A DNA stretch of 64,000 bases from positions 320,001 through 384,000 of the forward strand of contig CAWKHF010000004.1 of the NCBI GenBank assembly GCA_963849325.1, written 5' to 3'. Under the pieces are notes generated by a model. The model saw only the letters and a program-made list of their open reading frames with translations, was not told the origin of the DNA and made no database searches. Below, piece after piece: positions 36,190-48,222 of the stretch. This DNA is from an uncultured Planctomycetota bacterium (GTDB lineage: Bacteria > Planctomycetota > Planctomycetia > Gemmatales > Gemmataceae). A program made the position numbers and the translations under genes. Each line of letters opens with the position of its first letter. Within the stretch, counting starts at the first letter, position 1.

Positions 36190-36466
36190 GGTTGCCTCCT
36201 CTATCAACATCTCCCCGGAAGGAGAGATCCATAACATATCCCTTGACTCCATCGCTCGCAGCGACTTCACCTTGTCTTAACTATGCTGCGAATGGCGTGC
36301 CGAAATCTCGCGGCAGGGAACGGCGCAGACCAGAGAGGCGCGGCCCGAAAGCATCGGTGAGCTTCTGATTTTTCGCCCGTCGTCTCTTGTCGATCCATTA
36401 CAATAGGGCCATCGGAAAGTGCTGGGCCGAAGGGCCGCCGGTGCCTTCCGCAACGAGAACGATGCC

Positions 36467-38411
36467 ATGCGATACGATTGGCGGCGTTGGATGCTTGGCA
36501 GCGTATTCCTCCTCGGCCTGTCGCTCCTCTCCCCGTCCAGAGAACCTCCCGTGCAGAGGAGCCGGCCGCAGGTTTTCGCCGCCGTTCCGAAGGTCGAGGC
36601 AGTCACGGACCCCAGCGGCTGGTCCACAAACCCTATCGATGGCTTCCTTCGAGCGAAACAGCATGAGCACGGCGTGGGACCGTCCGGCCCGGCTGCCCGA
36701 CGCACGCTGATTCGCCGTGTCTGCTACGATCTCGTCGGCCTGCCGCCGACGCCCGCCGAGGTCGAGGCGTTCTTGCGCGAGGAAACCTCGCACGCCTACG
36801 CTCGGCTGGTCGAGCGTCTGCTCGCCTCGCCGCGCTACGGCGAGCGTTGGGGCCGACACTGGCTCGACGTCGTTCGCTACGCCGATACCGGCGGCTTTGA
36901 GTCCGACCCGCGCTACCCCAGCGCCTGGAAGTATCGCGATTACGTCATCCGCTCCCTCAACGACGACAAGCCCTTTGATCGCTTCATCCAGGAACAGGTC
37001 GCCGGCGACGAACTATGGCCGGAGGATGCGGACGCGGTCTGCGCCACCGGCCTGTACTGCGTCGGCCCGGTGCTGCCGGAGTCGGCCATGGTGAGCGATC
37101 AGCTCGAATACGAATGGCTGACCGACGCCGTCGATACCACCGGGTCGGCCTTCCTCGGTCTGACGTTTGGCTGCGCCCGCTGTCACGATCACAAGTACGA
37201 TCCGATCGCACAGAAAGATTATTTCGCGCTGCAGGCGGTATTCGCGGCCAGCGATCGGCCCTATCCCGGCAAGGTCCGCCAGCTCCGCATCAAGGCGCTC
37301 AATGGCCTGCTCTCCGACGCGCCGGTGCCGAAAGCGTTGGAGCGAGACTCGCGCTGCACCGTGCGCACCGAGGACGAGGCCGGCTTTCGCCTCTTCCACC
37401 GCGCGCGTCCGCTGGGAGGTCCACCGGCTCCATCGCGGCGAGTTGAACAAGCCGCGCGAGGTAATGGGCCCGGCCCTTCCTGGGTTCCTGCTCCGCGGCG
37501 GCCGGAAGCCGGACTTCGTCGGCGTACCGGCCGGCCAGAGGCGGGCGGTGCTGGCGCGATGGCTCACGTCGCCGGACAATCCGATGACGGCGCGGGTGCT
37601 GGTCAACCGTGTCTGGGGCTGGCACTTCGGCCGGGCGATCGTACCGACGCCGGGCGACTTCGGAGCACAAGGCGAGCCGCCGACGCACCCGGAACTGCTC
37701 GACTGGATGGCGCGCGATTTCATCGAGAACGGTTGGAGCCTCAAACGGCTGCATCGACTGATCCTGCTCTCCAGCACTTACCGCATGAGCAGCGTGGCCG
37801 AGGGAGCGGGCCTGCAAATCGATCCGGACAATCGTCTCCTCTGGCACTTCCCGCGCCGGCGACTGGAAGGCGAATCCATCCGCGACAGTCTGCTGGCCTG
37901 CGCCGGCACGCTCAATCCGAAGCTATATGGCCCGCCGGTGGTGCCGCCGCTGAGCGGTTCGGAGCTAACGGGCCTGTTCGATGCGCGCGGCAAGTGGCCG
38001 GTGACAAAGGACGCCGCCGAGCACACGCGGCGCAGCGTCTATGTGCTGGTGCGGCGCACCTTCCTGCATCCGCTGCTGGCATCGTTCGATCCGCCCGAGG
38101 TGATGACCAGCTGTCCGCGGCGGATGCAGACGGTAGTGCCGGCGCAGGCGCTGGCTCTGCTCAACAGTTCGCTGGCGCGCGAGCAGTCGGCCGCCTTCGC
38201 CGGACGACTGCTGCGCGAGTGCGGCGAAGAACCTGTTGAGCAGCTGCCCCGCGCCTGGATGCTGGTCTTCGGCCGCCCGCCGACGCCGGCCGAGACGGAA
38301 CGCGCCCTGGCGTTCCTACGAAAACGGGCCGCCTCCGCGTCACGGGAAACGGCGCTGGCCGAGTTGTGCCTGGCCCTGTTCAACACCAACGAGTTTGTCT
38401 TTGTGGACTGA
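36467..38411 (+). CDS. DUF1549/DUF1553 planctomycete protein (frameshift ~37410)
   Basis: NPIDGF, GLPPTP, YGERWGRHWLDVVRY, CARCHDHKYDP, ARVLVNRVW, PTHPELLDW, RRSVY. Confidence 0.92.
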
Positions 38412-38420
38412 AAACGAGCC

Positions 38421-39891
38421 ATGAACCATCGTTTTTATCCCTTATGGATTTCTCGCCGCGAGATGCTCTGTCAGGCCGGGCTTGGTTTCGGCTCCTGGGC
38501 CTTGCTCGATCTGCTGACGCGCGATGGCCGACTGACTGCGGCAACACCAATGGTTGGCAGCAATCCGCTGGCCGCTCGATGTCCGCATTCGCCGGCGCGG
38601 GCCAAGCACGTGATCTTCCTGTTCATGCAAGGCGGACCCAGCCACATCGACACCTTCGATCCAAAACCGCTGCTGAACAAGCTCCACGGTCAACGGCTGC
38701 CCGACAGCGTCATCGAAGGCCATCAGCTCCAGTTCACCAAACGGGACGCGGCCATTCTCGGCTGTCCGCAGACCTTCCGCCGATGTGGCCGGTCGGGCCT
38801 GGAAATCGCCGATACCTACCCGCACTTGCAGACCTGCGCCGACGAGCTGGCCGTGGTACGTTCGTGCTACCATGACTCGTTCAACCATGCTCCGGCGCAG
38901 TACGTGCTGAACACCGGCTCGGCGCGCATGGGTCGTCCCTGCCTCGGCTCGTGGGTGACGTATGGCCTGGGCAGCGTATCGGAGAACTTGCCCGCCTTCG
39001 TTGTCATGGCCACGACCGGCGACGTCAAGGGCGGCCCGCCGGTCTACGACCGCGGCTTCCTGCCCGGCACCTATCAGCCGACCGTCCTGCGCAATGCCGG
39101 TTCGCCGATGCTGTACCTGGACGCGCCCGCCGGCCACGGCAACGCCGGCCAGCGCGACGTGCTCGATCTGGTGCAGTCGCTCAATGACGACCACCGCACG
39201 GCCCGCGGCGGCGACGTGAGCGATCTGTCGGCGCGCATCGCCTCCTACGAGTTGGCCTTCCGCATGCAGAGCGCCGTGCCCGACGCGGTGGACCTAGCTC
39301 GGGAGACCGAGGCGACGAAACGGCTGTACGGCCTGGACGACAAGATGTCGGCGAAATTCGGCACCGACTGTCTGCTGGCGCGGCGGCTGGTGGAGCGCGG
39401 CGTGCGCTTCGTACAGATTTTCACCGGCAGCGCCGGTGCTGACGACTGGGACGCGGCCCACGCCGACAACGACCGCACGCACCGCGACATGGCTCGGCGC
39501 ATCGATAAACCGATCGCGGGCCTGCTGAAGGACCTCCAAGCGCGGGGTCTGCTGGACGAGACGCTGGTGATCTGGGGCGGCGAGTTTGGCCGCACGCCGG
39601 TGGCTGACGGCCGCTATCCCGACAAGCGCAGCCGGCCGCGACCATAACCCCTACGGCTTCACGATCTGGTTGGCCGGGGGCGGCGTCAAGGGCGGTCGGG
39701 CCATCGGCGCCACCGACGAGTTCGGCTTCCGCGCCGTCCACGACCGCGTCCACGTCAACGACTTGCACGCCACCATCCTGCGGCTGCTCGGCCTGGACCA
39801 CGAGCAGCTGACGTTCCTGTTCCAGGGCCGCCATCAGCGCCTGACCGACGTTGGCGGCCACCGCGAGTTCACCGAGCGCTTGCTCGCTTAG
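38421..39891 (+). CDS. DUF1501 protein, Tat-type signal (frameshift ~39630)
   Basis: [53 protein letters not shown]. Confidence 0.92.
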
Positions 39892-39912
39892 GGGCTTGTC
39901 CAAAGAAACTTC

Positions 39913-39977
39913 GTTTAGCCGCGACGCGCAGCGGAGCGCGGGGCTGTCCCGCGCTCCGCTGCGCGTCGCGGCTAAAC
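39913..39977. repeat. Palindromic REP-like element
   Basis: Same arms as 24716-24785; lies between convergent genes. Confidence 0.85.
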
Positions 39978-40019
39978 TTAGAACTTTTTGCTGGGCGGTC
40001 CCTGGGAAATCCGATGCCC

Positions 40020-43000
40020 TCAATCCCAATGTTTGATGTCTTCCAGTAGGTGCAGCACGTCGTTGCGGCGCTTCTCGAAGATGGCGAACAGCGTCAGAAT
40101 GGCCGCCCCCAGGACGATGCCGGACACCCACCACACCCACGTCTGATAGCGGTCCACGGCCGCATACCAGATCATGGTGAACACGTCGAGGAACAGGAAG
40201 CTGATGCCGAGGAACAAAAACGCCCGCACGCGGAAGAGAATGCCGAGAAGAATGCCGGCCAGCGACAGGACGGCCAGCACGATCGGCAGCCCGACCGAGT
40301 TGCCGAGTCCAGCGAGGAACAGGTCGGCCGTCGAGGACACGTAAATCATGCTGATGCCGAGGTAGCGCAGTCCGGTGCTCAGCTCGGGCCGTAGACGGTC
40401 GCGGTTGACGTGTTCGGAGGCCAGCACGATCAGGGCCAGCGGGATGAGCCAGCATTGCGGATGCAGGAGGAAGGCGATGCCGTGGTGCGTCAGCAGCGAC
40501 CACAGGGCGAAGTTGGCGGCCAGCGCCGCCAGCAGGGCGAAGCGGAACGAGCGCCGCGTCAGGGACACGACGGTATACAGACCGCACACGAGCAACCAGA
40601 GAAGGGCGTAAGAGTCGAAGGTTGGGACGGCTTGTGCAGTTCGGCGAGCAGAGGCGGCAAACCCGGTGCGGAGGGCCGCACCCAGAAGGCGAACAACGGC
40701 AACAGCGGCAGGAAGACGCCCGTGCGCTGCAACGGCTCGGCCAGCACCCGCAGCTTGCGCCACTCGAAGAATTCGCTCAGACCCACACCCAGGAAGGCAA
40801 TCAGCATCACGACGAACGGCCAGTATCGGCTGAGCCAGCCGTGGAACAGCTGCGGCACCGTGAGACGGAGGTGAACGAACAGCAGCACCAGGAGAAGCTC
40901 GATAGCGTAGACGTAGACCGTGCGGCCGCGCTCGGATAGTCCAAGGGGATCGCGGCCGGGCACCACGGCGAAGCGGATGCCGCTGACCATGAGCGTGACC
41001 AGCGCGGCCAGCACGACGAGGACGGCGGGCCAGGCCATCGGCGTGCGCCGCGTGGCGGCGTCGTAGAGCCGGAATTCCTGCACCAGCAGGACGAGCAGAG
41101 TCAGCGAGGCCAGTGCGCCGAGTACCGGGCCGAGGCGCCGTCCCCAGCGTACCCACTCGGGATCGCGGGCCAGACCGCGCGGCAGGGCGACGCCGTAGAG
41201 CGCCGTCATGGCGGCCAGGGACACCATGAGGAGAACATTGCGATGCAGCCCCGGCACCGGGCCGGCGGGGTCGGGACACGCCCAGCCAATCTCGGCGGCG
41301 GCCACGGCGCCGAACACCAGCGCCGCGGGACGCAACCAGTCGGCGAAGGGGAACTCCGGGGCAGCACGGATCAGCAGTACCGCGGCGGGAACGAGCAGCA
41401 GCACCGCTGCGGGACCGGCCAAACGATCGGTGAGCGCAGCGAAATCCAGGCACATCCACAGGCTCAGGGCGATCACGACGCCGGCCACGGTTGCCTGCGC
41501 CGGCAGGAACCAGCGGTCGCGGGAACGTTTGAAGGCGTGAGCAATCAAGCTGGCGAGGACGGTGTAGCCGGCAAGGGTCAGCGCGGCACTCCAACCCAGC
41601 CCCGTCGGCGTCCGCTTCAGACCGTGCAGCGCCAGGCCGACAGCCGACAGCCCCAGGAGGTAAAGTCCGGGTGGAGCGAACGGAGGCGCGGCGGTCCCAC
41701 AGACCCAGGATCAGGGCCACCCCCACGGTCGCGGCGGCGGTCCAGGCCAGCGCCGCGGAGACAGCGATCCCAGGTGGATGCAAGTCCGATCCTATCGCCA
41801 GAGTGACGACAAGGACCAGGAGGGCGAGAGCGAGATTGACGGCGAAGTGCGCAAAGGGCAATAAGGTAAGCCGGACTATCGAGCGCATGGTCGCATCCGT
41901 CGTCCCGGTCGAGACGGAGGGCGGCAAGAGCAGATCCACAGCCGTCCAGAACGCGGCGGCCGCTGCGAGACCGATAGCGTTGGTCAAGAGGAAGCCGATC
42001 GCGGTATCGGTCCCCCAGGCCGACCAGAACAACACGCCAATGAGATCCAGAAGCAGCCCCGAGATCCAGACGTAGTACGGGCGCCGCGACCAAATCGCCA
42101 GGGCACCGGCCATGAGGCTGACGATGAGGACGGCCGCGGCCGGGACCGTCGGCCGCAGCGGATCGCGCCAGCCGTTGCTCAGGACCAACAGGAGGATGGC
42201 CAGGCCGATGCCTTCCATCCAGCGACGGAGTTCTCGCGGCCCGAAGACGGCGGCGAAGCGGCGTGAGGGGGTGTCGCCCTGCTCCGCCGAGGTCAGACCG
42301 GCGGCGCGGAAGGAGAACGTCACGCAGCCGACGGCCGTGGCCGCCAGGCCGAGGCCGCACCAGGCGGACAGTAGGACGTGCAACGAAAGCCAGTTGCCGG
42401 TGTCCCACAGGCCGGCCGTGCAGGCGGCGAGGACGCCGGCCGACAGGCCCGCAATTCCCAGGACGTGGATGCGGCCGCGCGGCGTGCTGACAGCGAAGTG
42501 CCAGTAGGCCGCTATCGCCGACAGCAGTAGCGCCGCCCAGCCGGCGAGCGAGCCGAACTCGACGAAGAACGCGCCGGGCGGAGTGCCGGGATTTTCGTAC
42601 ACACGCAGAAGGGGCAAGAGCAGCAAGACGGTTTGGGCCGCGAGGGACGCTGTCGCCTGAATCGCCAGCAGCGGTCCCGACGGACGGTACGCCAACCCGC
42701 GCCGCACCCCCAGCCATACAAGGGCGACGCCGGCGCTGGCGATCACGTTGGCCTGCACAACGGCGAGCCACGAAGGCGGCAACGGGTGGTACAACCGCCA
42801 CACGAGCAGCGACACCGCCACGTTCGCCGCCAACCCGGCGAGGAAAGCCAACTCTTCGCCGCGCCGGTACACGGCGAGAAAGGCCGCGGCGATACCGCAC
42901 AGGGAGACGGCTGACGCGGCCCAGAGATATTCCTGGCGCGTGGCGGCCACGTTCAGCGACCACAAGATACCCCAGACGCAGGGCAGCAGCATCGCCGGCG

Positions 43001-46000
43001 AGGCTTGCTGGAAACCAGCGAAGGAGAGCCAGTCTCGATCCGTCGCCGGCACGGAGGACGGCAACCCTCCTCGGATCACCACAGGCATCATCGACCAGAA
43101 CAGCACATAAACGGGCCAGCCTAGCAGCACGAAGTAAAATCCCGCGCCGACCGCTGTCCGTTCGATCGTGCAGGCCAGCAAACCGACTGCGGCCAGTCCG
43201 CCAACGAAGAGCAGGCTCCACGGCAGCGCGAAACGCCGCTGCCTGTACCAGACGACCAATGCCGCCAGGCTCGCCAGCAAGGCCAGCCAGCCCAGCGGCG
43301 AGCCGGCGGCAGCGGACCACGCCGCCCATCCGTTCGTAAGATCGCCGAGAGCGAAGATGGCGACGCCGAGGAGCACGAGCTGCCCCGCCAGGGCCAGGCC
43401 AATCTGCAACCACATCAACGGTGTGGCCGTGGCCGAAGGAACATACTCGGAAGCGTCCGACATTTCCCGCCAGGCATACACCCAGCGCCGGCTCACTTGC
43501 CAGCCCAGCGCCCACAGGGCCGCCGAGAGACTGGCGAGCTGCAACAGGCAAACGATCTCGCTAGTACCCAGGTGACTACCGCCTGTCACCACCGCCAGGG
43601 CGTAGCCGCCGGTCACGCTGACGTTGGCGACGAGGCCGGCTGTGAAGGCATAGACCGGCGAGCGCTCGCGCACCGCATGGCCCACCAATCCGAGCGTGAG
43701 GAGGAGCAGTGGCGTCACGTTCGACACGACCCAGCCCATGTCCGCGAAGATCGAACCCGGTAGGGGGCCGGTGGGACGCATGGCGGCGAAGCCGAGCACC
43801 GCCACCTGTGCCGTCAACAACAGCACGGCGGCGGCGACGACGCCGAGCAACCCATGCGTCCACGGAACGGCGAGCGAATCCGCAGAGTAAGTGATGCCGA
43901 CCGACGCCGACAGGCGCGTCAGCGTATGCCGCAGCCACAGACACGCCGAGCAGGTCAGGTAGCACAGGGCCAACCCCCAGCGGAGCGCCGAGGCCGTCGC
44001 GCACGGGGATGCAAAGGGTCCGGCGGCGAGCACGGGCACCGTCACCGCCAGCACGAGCAGGCCGAGAAGGATACTGGCTCTTCCCCTCTCGCGCAGCGCC
44101 GCCAGAAGCACGAGCGCCAGCACGCCCAGCAGTGCCCAGGCGCCGGGTCCGTAAGCATGGGGTGCCATGGACGGCCAGGCGATCGAGGAGACATAACCGG
44201 CGGGGATCAGCTCGGCGTTGACGCCGGACGCGATGCCCCACAGCGCCAGCGCGAGCTGTCCGACGACGAGAGCGCCGAGCATCACACGGTCCAACGAGGG
44301 CCAGGGAGCTTGCCACAACCCCCGCACGCGCGGGTTGGCCGACAGGCCGGCGCGGGCGATGGTCCAGCCGAGGCCGAGCAAGCCCAGACCGAGGCCATAC
44401 GCCTGCAAACTTCGCGGATCGAACCAGTCCTGTTGTTCGGGAAGCCAAGCCGTGACCGCGAAGACGACGGCCGTGCTCAGGGCGGCCTGAAACGCCGTGA
44501 ACCAGGCCGGCGAACGCTGCATCCAGGCGACGATCAACCAGAGGACGGCGAGCCAAAGCGTGTACCCGGCGAGCGTCAGCGGCGTGACTCCGGGCAGAAG
44601 CAGCAGCGGCACGGCCAGCAGGGATGTCAGTTGGGCCGATTGCTCCAACGGCGCGCGGAGGGGAGAGTTGTCGTCCTCGCCACGGCTTTGCACGACAATC
44701 GCGCCAAGCAGGACAAGCGTAGCGTGAGTCAGCAGGGCCATCAGCAGCGGGCGCGGCACCGCCAGGGTGGCGAGATCCCAGATCCAGAGATGAGCCAAGG
44801 CGGCGAAGATCAACGTCGATCCGAGCCAGGCCAGCTCGCGGCGGCGGAGGACATGAGCGAGCAGGAACGCCGTTACGGCGAGGACGGCCGAGGTGCCGGT
44901 GTGAAGTTCCTGAGCGGGGAAACCCGGCGTGAGCAGGGCCAGCACGAGAGCGAGTACGGCCACAACAGCAGCGACATCGCGGCAGGCGCCTCGGAGCGAA
45001 TGCGGCCGCAAGGCGACCATCGCCAGGACGGCGGACTCCAGGGCCAGGATAAAGCTCCAGAGCGCGAGATTATCGGGCGCGATTGCCCACAATCCCCACA
45101 GGCTGGCGGCGGCGAGCAGACCCAGGCCGGTATACGGCAAAGCAGGGCGGCGCCAGCGGACGTACATCGCCAGGGCACAGGCCCCGGCCAAACCGTCTGC
45201 CAGCGCGGCGGACCCGGCGAATCGATCCCATGCCATGCCGTTGTCAGCAGAGCGATCATCCCAAGAGCCAGGCAGCCGAGCGCGTAGGCGGAGGCATGAA
45301 GGCGTTGGTTGGCGCGAGCAAGTCCCTCAGAGCCAGCGGCCAGGAGCAGCATGAGCACGGCCATCGTGACACCGCTCGACGGCGACAGCAGTTGACGAGC
45401 GAGCCACCAGCCGGGGGCCGTTTCCGGGGCAGCCACAAGGCCGCCCAGTGTAAACGTGACGGCGATCAGCACGGCCAGCGCCGCGCAGGGCAGGGCGACG
45501 GCATGGGCGAAGTGTTCCTGCCAGCGGAAAGCGACAGCGCTGAGGATGACGGCGTTGACGAGACAGACGAGGAACACCGCCAGAGGCTGCGGCCAGGCCA
45601 GGGCGACGGCCGACAGCATGATCGCCAGGCCGGTGAAGGCAACAGCCGTGCCCGCCGTGCGCGGCGCGGCATTCTCCTCCCTGGGCAGCCCACGGCGGAC
45701 CAGCAGACCCCCGGCCAGAATCGGCACCCCCGCCAGGGTCAACGGCACGGCCAGGCGCGGCAGCGCGGCCGCGAGGTCGGGGCTGCGCGACAGCAGAAAA
45801 CCGAGGGCGACGAACAGGGCGAAGCTCGCCAGGCCAAGAAACACGAACAGGGCGTTGACCTGACGAACCTCCAGGCGCTGGTTCTCGGTTCGCGCCCGCG
45901 CGCGAGCAAGTCCGGCGACGACGGCGCCGCACGCCAGCACCTGACAGGCGACCGGCACACAGCCCAGGACGACGAAGAGGACCGGATGCGGTTCGTCGAG

Positions 46001-47354
46001 CAGACGCGGCACGATCAATTGACTCCCGGCGGCGCCGACGATGGCCAGCATGAACAGCCAACGGCGATCGATCGGACCAGGCAAGACGCCGACGCCGATC
46101 AGATCGCGTCCGGCCAGGCGAATCATGCCCAGCGACAGAAACACGGCGGCCGACTTGAACGCCCATTCGAGCGCGGAATGGGCGTGTCCAAGCGAGGGGT
46201 CAGCGAGGACCAGCAAATTGAGCGGCACCAGCAAGAGGGCGATGACCAGCAGACCGCGGCTGGTGGATTCGAGCTTCCAGTGATGCAGCGTGTATTCACC
46301 GGCGCCGAACAGGGCGGCGGTGATGCAGGCGAAGATGAGGAAGGGGAAATACGGCAGTTCTTCCAGGCTGTGCCAGAGCGTGATGACCAGCGCGATGGAA
46401 CAGCCGACGATGAGCAGACCGCCGGTCAACTCGCCCCACAGGATGTTGCGCTCCTCCATGAACGCCGCCAGCACGTTCGTCAGCGACCGGCGCGGCCGGC
46501 GCGGGGCCGTAATCACCGGCGGCACGACCGGGATCGGGGCAGCGGATACGGAGCGGACAGCGACCGGAGAAGGCCGGACGGGAAGTCGCTTCGAGGACTT
46601 CGGCCGGTTCGACCACGGCGACGGCCGACGGCGCCTGTACGGACTCATCCACCCGGCCGAGCTGCGCCCGCGCCTCTTCGTACTCCGTCACCGACAGGAC
46701 GCCGGCGAGCGCCAGACGAAAGAAACGGTGAGCCAGATCGACTTGATCTTCGTGGAGGGCAAGGCGTCCGGCCTCCAGGGCCACCTGTGCGTGGCCGTCC
46801 AACTCGGGATGTTCGTCGAGCAGGCGGCGGTAGGTGTGGAGGGCGTGCGAAGTCATGCCGGCCAGGGCGAGCAGACGTGCCAGGGCCAGCAGCGTCGGCG
46901 GCTTCAGCGTGGCCCGCTGGCTGTTATTCAGCTGGCGATAACAGGCCAGAGCCTCTTGCCGGCGTTGGAGGGGCAAGTCGCGCGGATGGACCCCCTGTCC
47001 CAGCAACTCTTCGAGCTGGGCCACGGAACCGGCCGGTGCCAGGGGCGCCGGCTTCACAATGGGGGCGGTGTATTGCGGTCGCAGAGACCGGCGCCGGGCT
47101 TCCAGGCATTGCTCCAGGCGGTCAACGGTGGCTTGATCCAGTTCCCCGTTAGCCAACAAAGAGCGGATCGTCCGAGTTGTTATCTCCAGTTCGCGCAAGG
47201 GGAGATCGTCCGGGCGTTCGCGGACAGGCTCGACGTGCTGCCGGCGCGGCCCCGAAAACACGAGCCGGACCAGGGCGGCGACAGCCAGCCACATAAGATG
47301 GCCGACCACCATGACGAAGGCGAGAATCAGGATGAAGATGAGCAGAGCATCCAC
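40020..47354 (-). CDS. Giant (~2400 aa) polytopic membrane protein, split by several frameshifts
   Basis: GTG start with gaggagg RBS. Contiguous hydrophobic ORFs 46296-47354, 44873-46648, 40020-45236 and 40559-41548. Confidence 0.75.
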
Positions 47355-47372
47355 GTGGAAACTCCTCCTCAT

Positions 47373-47534
47373 CTGAGTTCTGAGTTCTGAGTTCTGAGTG
47401 AAAACAGAACTCAGGACTTTGGGAACGGCCCTGGATTCAAGGCACGGAGGCGGCGTTCCTGTCACGCTCCTTCAAGTTCGGAATTCTGAGTCAAGCATAC
47501 AATACTCAGAACTCAGAACTCAGAACTCAGAACT
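47373..47534. repeat. Inverted heptamer arrays (CTGAGTT)4 ... (ACTCAGA)4 bracketing a divergent promoter region
   Basis: 47373-47400 and 47504-47534. Confidence 0.85.
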
Positions 47535-47581
47535 TTGCAGCAATCCGGCACTCCCCAGTCCTCGTCTAGAAGGGTGACGGT

Positions 47582-48136
47582 ATGAGCAGACCTGCCACGC
47601 CTGCGTATAACCTGGCGACAAGCGACGGTCCCGTGCAGCCCAACCCCGGCGAGATCTTGCTGCGCACCTTCACGGACCTGCGCGACGAGCTGGTCAGCAC
47701 GCTCTGTTTCCTCCTGGGCAACGCCGACGACGCCCAGGACGTGGCGCAAGAGGCGTTCCTGCGCTGTTGGCGGACGCAGGAGGGCTTGCCCGAGGTGCAG
47801 AACCTGCGGGCCTGGATCTTTCGCGTGGGCCTGAACGCCGCCAAGGATCTGCAGCGCAGCGCCTGGCGTCGCCGGGTCAAACCGCTGCTGGGGGCCGATG
47901 CCATGCCGACGACGGAGACCGCCTCGCCGCTGAGCAGCCTGGAAGACCAGGAAACCCTGCAGCGCCTGCGGCAAGCCGTCTTGCACCTGCGGCCCGAGGA
48001 GAAGGAAGTTTTCCTCCTGCGCCAGAACGGCGAACTGACCTACGAACAGATCGCCGAGCTGTACGACCGCCCCGTGGGGACGGTCAAGACCCAGATGCGC
48101 ACCGCCCTCCAGAAGCTGCGCAAGATCCTGACCTGA
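47582..48136 (+). CDS. ECF RNA polymerase sigma factor
   Basis: DAQDVAQEAFL, RAWIFRVGLNAAKD, region 4 LTYEQIAE...VGTVKTQM. Confidence 0.93.
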   Translation: MSRPATPAYNLATSDGPVQPNPGEILLRTFTDLRDELVSTLCFLLGNADDAQDVAQEAFLRCWRTQEGLPEVQNLRAWIFRVGLNAAKDLQRSAWRRRVKPLLGADAMPTTETASPLSSLEDQETLQRLRQAVLHLRPEEKEVFLLRQNGELTYEQIAELYDRPVGTVKTQMRTALQKLRKILT

Positions 48137-48222
48137 CCTCCCTCGATGAGATCCCCCGGACCCGACTTTTATTCCCTCGCGTCGGGCCGAAGGACGATGA
48201 TGACCGCCGACCGGAGTAGACC

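Noticed and set aside
36467-39891. DUF1549/1553 plus DUF1501 pair as a novel system
   Set aside because: This is a well-known, highly paralogous planctomycete gene pair with nothing unusual here.
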